The position numbers and the translations under genes are program-made. From Chrysomallon squamiferum (Eukaryota; Animalia; Mollusca), in the NCBI GenBank assembly GCA_012295275.1, contig CM022668.1:6572001-6636000 (forward strand): a DNA stretch of 64,000 nucleotides, written 5' to 3'. Positions 1 through 64,000 of this stretch are shown here, one piece after another. Under the pieces are notes generated by a model, which made no database searches, was not told the DNA's origin, and worked only from the letters and a program-made list of their open reading frames with translations. The first letter of the stretch is position 1; the number at the start of each line of letters is the position of its first letter.

Positions 1-973
1 TACTAATCATAGTGTTAGTATTAGTAGTATTAGTAGTAGTAGCAGTAGCAGCTGTCTTTGCAACAGTTGTAGTAAGGGTAGTGGTAATAGCCGTAGTAGT
101 AGTGATGGTAGTGGTTGAAGTAGTCGTACTAGTAGTAGTAGTAATATTGCTTTATTTTTAGTGTAGTGTATTTGTATTTGTAATATTTGTTGTGCTAGAC
201 GTAATATTTGTTACAGTAATAGCAGTAATAGTTGCAGTGGTAATAATTTGATTAACTGTTGTAATATCAGTACAAAATAGTAACACTCAGTCGTAATAAT
301 GGTAATTGTAGTTGCAATAATAGAAATTAAAATAACAATAGTAGTAACTGAAGTAGCAAAATAGAGGTTGCAAGTGTATCTGAAGTAGTAATAACAGTTA
401 CAGCAGATGCAGAATTTTGCACAATTCTCGTAAGGAGGTGTGGTCTGTTTATACATGTAGAAATATCAGAAAATATTAATCCTCAATATGTAAGACAAAT
501 TAACGTTTTTTAAGCAGTTCATGAAAATATATTCCATTTTTCACATTATCCTAATTTAATATAGCTATAATAGCATGCATATTTATATAACAAATTTTAT
601 TATTATTATTTTAATTTTTCAAAAGGAAAGAAAAAAGAAGAAAATAAACTTTCAAAAACATATTTTATTCAATTTCAACATAATATAACAGCCTCTGAAG
701 CTAACTAAAAAAAGAGAAATGCTTCTAATTCTCACAGTTGCAAATATATGTAAAAATAATTTATTGAAGAATTTAATTTATTATAACTGAAGCATGATAA
801 TAATTAAGCATAATGAATATACGATCAACAAGTTTAAAGTTTATTCTTCAAAATATTTTTCTTTGTCTTATATGTAATATGTAATAATAATGAACAGATA
901 TAACATGGCATTATAATTAATACAAGATAATAATAATAATAATAAATAAATAAATAAATAAATAAAATTTACT

Positions 974-1034
<61 letters not shown>

Positions 1035-2679
1035 TAATAATAATAAATAAATAAATAAATAAATAAATGTACTAAAATGAGAATAATAAACAATTAAATA
1101 TGTATTTAGAGGACACCTGACTGAAACAAAACTTAAAACAACCAGTAACTGTTAACACTAAATGTAACCATTATTATTACTAGTATTTTTAAATATTCAT
1201 TAGTTCATGTATATATAAATATGTCCAACAAAACATATATGGATATAGACATCATCCTTTGGCTTTGTTTATAAATACTGGCACCATTACTAATATAATA
1301 TTATTATGATCATGTTAATTTGTGGTAGGTTATAAATCATATATTAATAAAATTAATAAATATAATAAAATAGAAAAATTTGTTGTTATAATTTTCTCTT
1401 ATACATCAATTTTTTTTTTTCCTTTAAGAAAATCTGTTTGAGCTGTACGTATGATCTCACAACTGAAATTTACTGGTACCCAGATATTTTTAAACATGCT
1501 CTTTTCTCTTGTTTTATTTAATTAATATTTAAAAGAAATAAAACACAAATTGGAAGTATGCAGAATATATTTAGATTGCTTCTTTTTGTTTGTTTGGTAT
1601 CATAAGAGCAGAACAGAGCAGAGAGAGATAATTTTTTGAGATATTTTCACGTTCAGCAGAATTTATAATGAATATTAAAGATTTTGTTTTTCTCTGTCAA
1701 TCAGACAATGTAGTTCAACAATATAAAATGAAAATCAACAACAGATGAGGTAAGCATTAACAGTGATAATGATATAACATCACAAAATATGTTAGTAATA
1801 ATTTTTCAGAATGTCTCTATACAACAGTTAGTCTAAATAAGCCCTGAAATATTTTGTGTTTATCACTGATGTACATAACAAATATAAACCAAAAAAAGAA
1901 CAAATTTTCTATCATTTTTCATATTTTTAATACATGTACCATGTTGTGGTTTAAAACTTAGTCTTATCAGAATGAAACTAAAAGTGGTTAATTTAAACAT
2001 TCAAGATACGATGCTATTATAATATTTATTGGGTTAATTTAAAAATGAATGTAACAGAAACATTTTAATTAATTTATATATTTCAAGAACTGAAACTAAT
2101 ATTCTACGTAGATAATATATGAGACATATGAAATGTAATCTAAAGATGTTAGAATGGCAATACTTTACTTACAGTAGGTATACACAAACACTTTAAACAT
2201 AGGACTTTTAAAACACAGATTAAGGATACATGAAGACATTAAACAGGATTTTTCAAACATGAATGTTTTAATCAGTGGAGGTATACGTAAACATTTTAAA
2301 CATGAGTTTCCACATTCAAACACATTACACACAAAAGTTTTCTTCCTGAAATTAAAGATAGGAGTTTTCATAAACAAACACATTAAACATTAGAGCTGTA
2401 CATGAAAAATTTAATCATAAAAGTTATTATAAAAAAAAAAATTAAATAAATAAAAAAAATTATAAATTATAAAAAATAATAAAAAATAAAAAACAAACAG
2501 AAGTTTTCACATTAAAGAGAAATTCAAACCCATTAAATACATATTATCACAGGAATTGCAACATAAAGATACTGAAAAGGAACTGAAAAAAAAATCTCAG
2601 ATGTATGTCAGAAGCACAGAATTACAAAATGACAGTACACACAGAACAACAAAGGAACATTAACACATACATAGCTGTT

Positions 2680-3060
2680 TTTAATTATCAACACAAACAG
2701 TCATCAAAACACATGTGATCACAATTATCAACACGCAGCAACAGGATTATCAACTCATGGCTGCAGGATTATCAGTATTTGTTTGCAGAATTATCAACTG
2801 AGGTATCAAGAGATTATCAACATATACTGTCTGAGAATTATAAAATACATGTAGTCAGATTTATCAACAATTATGAAGTCACAAAATTTTCAGTGTATAT
2901 GTAGTCACTGAATTTACCAATACATATGTAGTCAAAGCATTTTCAGTGTATATGTTGTCACAGAATTTTCAATATATACGTAGTCACAGAATATTCAATA
3001 TATATGTATTGTCAAAGAATTTTCAACATGTATGTAGCCCAAAAATTAACAACACATTTA
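2680..3060. repeat. Degenerate minisatellite of about 26 bp (ACATATGTAGTCACAGAATTWTCAA-like) downstream of the stop codon
   Basis: Recurring GAATTWTCAAC and ATGTAGTCA motifs. Confidence 0.6.
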
Positions 3061-3960
3061 ATATGGCTAGAGATGTAGTTGAAACACAAATAAATATAGC
3101 TAATTTTGGGTCAGAATTAAAAATATACTTCCATACTTTTATAGAAGTATCGTATACTGAATGTAGAATCTTATTACAGTTATGCAGGGAAAATTGCCAT
3201 GGTAATTGCTGTTTTGAACATAAAAACAGGTTTTGTGGTAGATGAATAGATTGAACAGGGTTGAGGTAAGATTACAAAGACAAAACACATAGGCAGTGTT
3301 GTTTTAAAACATGTTGTAACCATGGAAACATATTAATCAAGTGATGTCATATGTAAAATGACAAAAAACTAATTTTAATATTGATGATGGAAGGCACTGT
3401 GGCTGTATTTGTAATGCTGGCATGTGAAATGGTAATAAAACAATATTAAGTGAAAATTAATAACAATACATTTAGCTTGACTAGCGTTACATTGAAATAC
3501 ATAATTCACTACAGCTAGAAATGAAATTAATTCAAAATTATGTAAGCAGTACGCTGTTACAGAAAATTAATGTAACAATGTAACATGTTGCAGTTACCAT
3601 GTAACAGTGTAACAGACAAAACTCCTTTTCTCCTTCACAGTTCTGAGAAAAAATAGGTCTGCATTAGCATGAACTTAGAAAACAATGTAAAAATAACAAT
3701 TTAATAAAGCAGAATATCTTTTTTTTAACAGTAAAAATAACTTGCTGAAAAAAGTCCATTCAGACTGTGCTGAACTCCAGCTAAACAAATTCCCAAAAGA
3801 CTGAGTCGGATTTTGAAAACTTGTGACGAATCATTACTGACTGAATCAGATTAGAACAATCACAAAATTCTCAACAGAGTGAGTTCGATTCTGAACAAAG
3901 TCCTAAAAGACTGAGTCATTAAATAAGCCCTATTTCATGGTGTAAAAGTTATCATTTTTC

Positions 3961-58432
<54,472 letters not shown>

Positions 58433-58930
58433 CTTGTTTTTCAGCTGTATACTAGTAAAGGTGTAAATATATAGATAATCGTATAATCCGAGAACAAGTT
58501 TCCAGAGAAAATATTACTCTCCCTCTCTCTCTCTCTTCAAAAACCTGTCAGCTATTTATTCAAGTCGGTTTAAAAAAAAAAAAAATCTCACTCATACTTG
58601 AGAATAAAACGACGTTCGGCAAATTAAAGCTTTCTTTAATTACGATTCCCTTCGCTCGGCGCTACATAACATGACAAACCGGTACAGCACTTTTATTGTC
58701 CTCCTCACGCTTCGCCTGTTTATCGTTTCAACTTCTGACCCACTCGGCAAAAATACTGTCTGTTAACGCTCCGCAAAGCTACTGCGGTTATCGTTCTTGA
58801 CTGTGATCCGCGAAATTCTTTGGAGGGCGTTAATCAACCGAAGAAATTGAAGATTAACTGTTACACAGTCCTTCGACTTCGTTTAACATAGAACAGGCGC
58901 AGGATTCCGAAAGCGTTAAGTTTTATTTAC
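58433..58930 (-). promoter_or_regulatory. Putative 5' UTR and promoter region of VWDE
   Basis: Non-repetitive, CpG-rich stretch directly upstream of the signal-peptide ATG; TSS cannot be placed from sequence alone. Confidence 0.45.
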
Positions 58931-59309
58931 TCATTTTTTTTTTTTTTTTTTTTTTTTTTGTACGAATGTTGTAGACGAACATTTGCTATTATTAGCCTCA
59001 TTGTAGTAGACGGAATTTGTAGCAGGTACAGTAGAACAATAGTGTTGCTAACAAATTGTTAATTATCTGCGATGCGTTCAGAAAAAAAAAAAAAAAAAAA
59101 AAGTTATCTTTGAGGAAAAAGAAGAAAAAAAAGATATCTGTCAGAAACTTCACACCTAAGTTTATATATGTTCGGTTTTACGTTTCAAAGATACGATAAT
59201 AAATGAAGCAGAAAATTTCCTGAACGTACCTGAATTTAGCGATAAACTTAGCGATGTTTTTATTTTTTCGGTAAACTTTCTTTGAAAAGCGTGTGGTAAC
59301 ATAGTACTG

Positions 59310-59394
<85 letters not shown>

Positions 59395-59467
59395 AAAATT
59401 AAATTCTAAATAGATTTTACTTTTTAAAATATTCATTTATTTATTCATTTATTCATTCCTTGATTTA

Positions 59468-59523
<56 letters not shown>

Positions 59524-59550
59524 TTTAACAATTTATTGCTATTTTCAAAA

Positions 59551-59601
<51 letters not shown>

Positions 59602-60218
59602 TTAATAATAATGAAAACCTAACAACAACGAAAAAACAAAAAGAATAAAAAAGAATATGTATATAAATGTCCATCAGCTTCATCACTTTTCTCTCAGTGT
59701 AAAAAACAAAATAATGGAAGCCTTCATATTTTATTACTATTGATGCAAACAACTATGTAAGTAAGTAAGTAAATAACAGTAAAAAGGTTTGAAAAAAAAA
59801 AAAAAAAAATAAAAAGAACAAAAATTATAAATCTTTTATTGATACATGAAAACGGAAAGACCGCCTATAGCGGGAGATAAATCTTTCAACACACTGTAAC
59901 CTTACCTATGTTTATGTTACTCCTTGACCATTTAATATACTTTATTAGTTTAGATAAACAAATACATTTTGTTGGTAAATAACATTACGTAGCTTATTCA
60001 TTATATGTGCTAATGGTAGCCGGTAACAGCAAGTCATTGTTAATAATGATAGAAATGTGCTAATTTTATAAACGTAGTTACGAAATATATAAAATATTAT
60101 AAATATCGTATTAGTGTATTTTGCATTATCTCACTTAGGTTTTTCTCTCAGTCTCTCTCCAAACACATCTTTCCGTCATTATTTAATGTTTTATTTATTT
60201 ATTTATATCTTTATTTTA

Positions 60219-61386
<1,168 letters not shown>

Positions 61387-61863
61387 CATACAAATCTAAA
61401 AAAACATGTGCAATGTAGAGAGACAGACAGACAGACAGACAGACATAGTAGTTTTGATACCAACGTGATCTATGCAAAACATTCTCAGTTTCTCTGATTA
61501 GCTCTATACCACGTCATTGACGTACATTACGTGGAAATGGCGAAGCTAAACAGGTGAGGTGTTTGTATTGTAAGCCAAGGTAATGAAGAAACGACTGCTG
61601 TGAAAACACATTTATCTCTGGGAAAAATGTCGACGCGTTCCTTAACAGTAAAACGTAGCACCGACTCACCGTTACTGAATGTTTGAAGACGGGTAAGAGA
61701 ATGAAGGGTGTGACGAAATGAAGAGGGGTGTGGTCGAAAAAGGGTGCGCGGATGAAAGGGGAAGAGAATTAAAGAGAATGCTTGAAAAGGAGTACACATG
61801 AAATAATAATATTTGTAGATAATGTGTGTGTTTGTGTGTGTGTGTACATACATATATGCGTAC

Positions 61864-61895
<32 letters not shown>

Positions 61896-63615
61896 CTATA
61901 TGCAGTGTAGACAAACGGACAAAAATAAATAAAAAACTAACGGAAAATAAAAATAACGAAATAAGTAAGTAAATAAATACTTAAAATTAAAATTAAAATT
62001 AAAATTAAAATATGTAACAGAACTAGGAGATGATAAAACGGCGAAGAAAAAAACAACAACAACAACGAAAAAAAAAAAAAACCCAGCAGCTTATTCTAAT
62101 GTAACATAAATTAAACGTCAAAACGAAACAAATCAGATCTTATTACAAAATAAACAACTCGCTGTTTGATACGTCATTTCTCTTTTGCTTGACACAGTTT
62201 TGAAGTGGGAAGTTTATAATCACATTGTTAAGGATCTTAATTCTTTTGTAGCGATTCAGAAATTTATTTTTTTTTCTCGTAATACCTCTAAATCTATCAT
62301 TGCGAAACATACCTTAGTTGATAGCAAGAAGTCACGAAGTATAGATCTACAGAAAAAAACCCACAATTTAATTTCTATACAAACGATCTTTTTCTGTTTG
62401 TTTTTTTACTTTGTACAAACGTTAATAGAAAAGACCTTTGAGGTAAAGATTGTTAAGTCTATTCCTATAAATGGTAAAAAAAAAAGTAAGTGTTAAAATA
62501 AAACAATTTTCAAAGAATTAAGATGATTCAAAACGAAATTAAGTTTTTTAAAACTGACAAGATGGCATTTAAGTACGTCTGTACTGATTTTTTTTTTTTT
62601 TTCTCTAGACCTTTCATAACGTATCTTGTTGAAAATATATGTTCTTGATATGACATACAGTATATATATCTATTCTAGTGTATACATCAGTCAACACTGA
62701 TTTTCTTTTATTGTTAATCATATCTTAGAAGCTCTCAAGAAATACATTGAAAATTAAAATCTAAATTTAAAAAAAAAAAAAGTATTTGTCATTTATGCTT
62801 GAGCGTAAAGCGCTGTCGCTCTCACTGAGATTAAATGTGACACGTGTCATCATCCATTCATTGTAATAATAAGTTGTTTTTCTGAAATACATTGTAGATT
62901 TATGACTATGGGTTGGCTCAAAGCATTAAAGGTTCGTTATAATGGCGCGTTTTATTATAACGATTTTTTCAAAGAAGTGTATTTATTTGTTGAGACGCAA
63001 TTATTTAACAATATTCGTAGCAAGAAAAAGTAAATAAATAAATAATACAGAATGTTTGTTTTCAAAAGGTTAATGCAGTACAGTAAATTGTAGAAACTTA
63101 ACTAAAAGCTCCTCAATAAAAAACGTAATTCAGTCTTCCCTACTCGGCCATTAATAACGTACGTTTACAAATAAAAAGTCGACTATAGAGTATAGTGTAT
63201 TTCAGCCATATTTGTCCTTGAATGTTTTGCAAACCACTAGCATGAGCAGCTCTTTGATGGTGACAATCTACAAATTACAGAGACCCACACAAAAATTATC
63301 TCTACCATTAGTCCGTAGATAACTCGTATATTTACCAGCCTAATGTACGTTAAATAAGTATAGATTATATTATTTACACAAGAACTCGTTTTACACTTTA
63401 TTAACAGTGCGAGTGACACACGCAGTCGTATTATCGTCTTATTGGTTTGACCTCTGACCCCAGCCTGTGACGTCAGGTGATATGATTCGGTGCGTGCACG
63501 GCGTTACAAGATCTGATTAGAAACTACAAACCGCTGTCACCTTTTTAGTGATCCTGGGAGAGAACATTCTGTTCACGCTTATGTTTCGTGTCATTTTTAA
63601 TTTTTTAATTTTTAA

Positions 63616-63661
<46 letters not shown>

Positions 63662-64000
63662 TTGTGTGTGTAGTATATGTATGTATTTATGCAGGCATGC
63701 ACTTTGCACTAAAACAACCTTATGTATTAATGTCTGCGTGTGTATGTCTATATGTACGTATATTTTGAACGTATGTTTGCATGTATGTGTGTATGCATGT
63801 ATGTGCGTAATGATATGTGTGTGTGTGTCTTTGTATATCTCTCTGTCCTTATGTATGTATGTATGTATTTAGGAATGAACATTTTGTTGGATTAAGTATG
63901 TTTGACCAAGACAACTGTATGTATGTGTTTATAATGTACAAACATACACACACCTACATACATACATACATACATACTTACATATATACCATACAGCAGA

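Noticed and set aside
61500-63560. CpG-rich patches as possible exons or promoter of a neighbouring gene
   Set aside because: No recognisable peptide or consistent splice-site pair found.

Overview
AT-rich, microsatellite-dense animal nuclear DNA, probably molluscan: decayed SINEs resemble a family I recall from peltospirid vent snails, but this is unverified. The window holds one large minus-strand gene, a VWDE (von Willebrand factor D and EGF domain-containing) orthologue, which I reconstructed by hand as 37 coding exons from ATG 58432 to TAA 3961 (about 1,990 aa). Domain order: signal peptide, D8C-like Cys domain, four 2-Cys mini-repeats, VWD, acidic Ser-rich insert, furin site, EGF, Thr-rich stretch, Ig/cadherin-like segment, about 14 further EGF repeats, and an Arg-rich tail ending RRH*. 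The otherwise intact frame breaks by a single nucleotide at five sites, plus a sixth inferred one, all repairable in coding-strand T runs. Long-read homopolymer error is the likeliest cause, but it is worth testing. Other notable points: half-exon tandem arrays that duplicate splice sites, a sharp CpG transition near 35.4 kb, a mirror-symmetric YY1-CRE-CRE-YY1 cluster in the 20 kb first intron, and several MITE/SINE remnants. Nearly all listed ORFs outside the exons are microsatellite artefacts.
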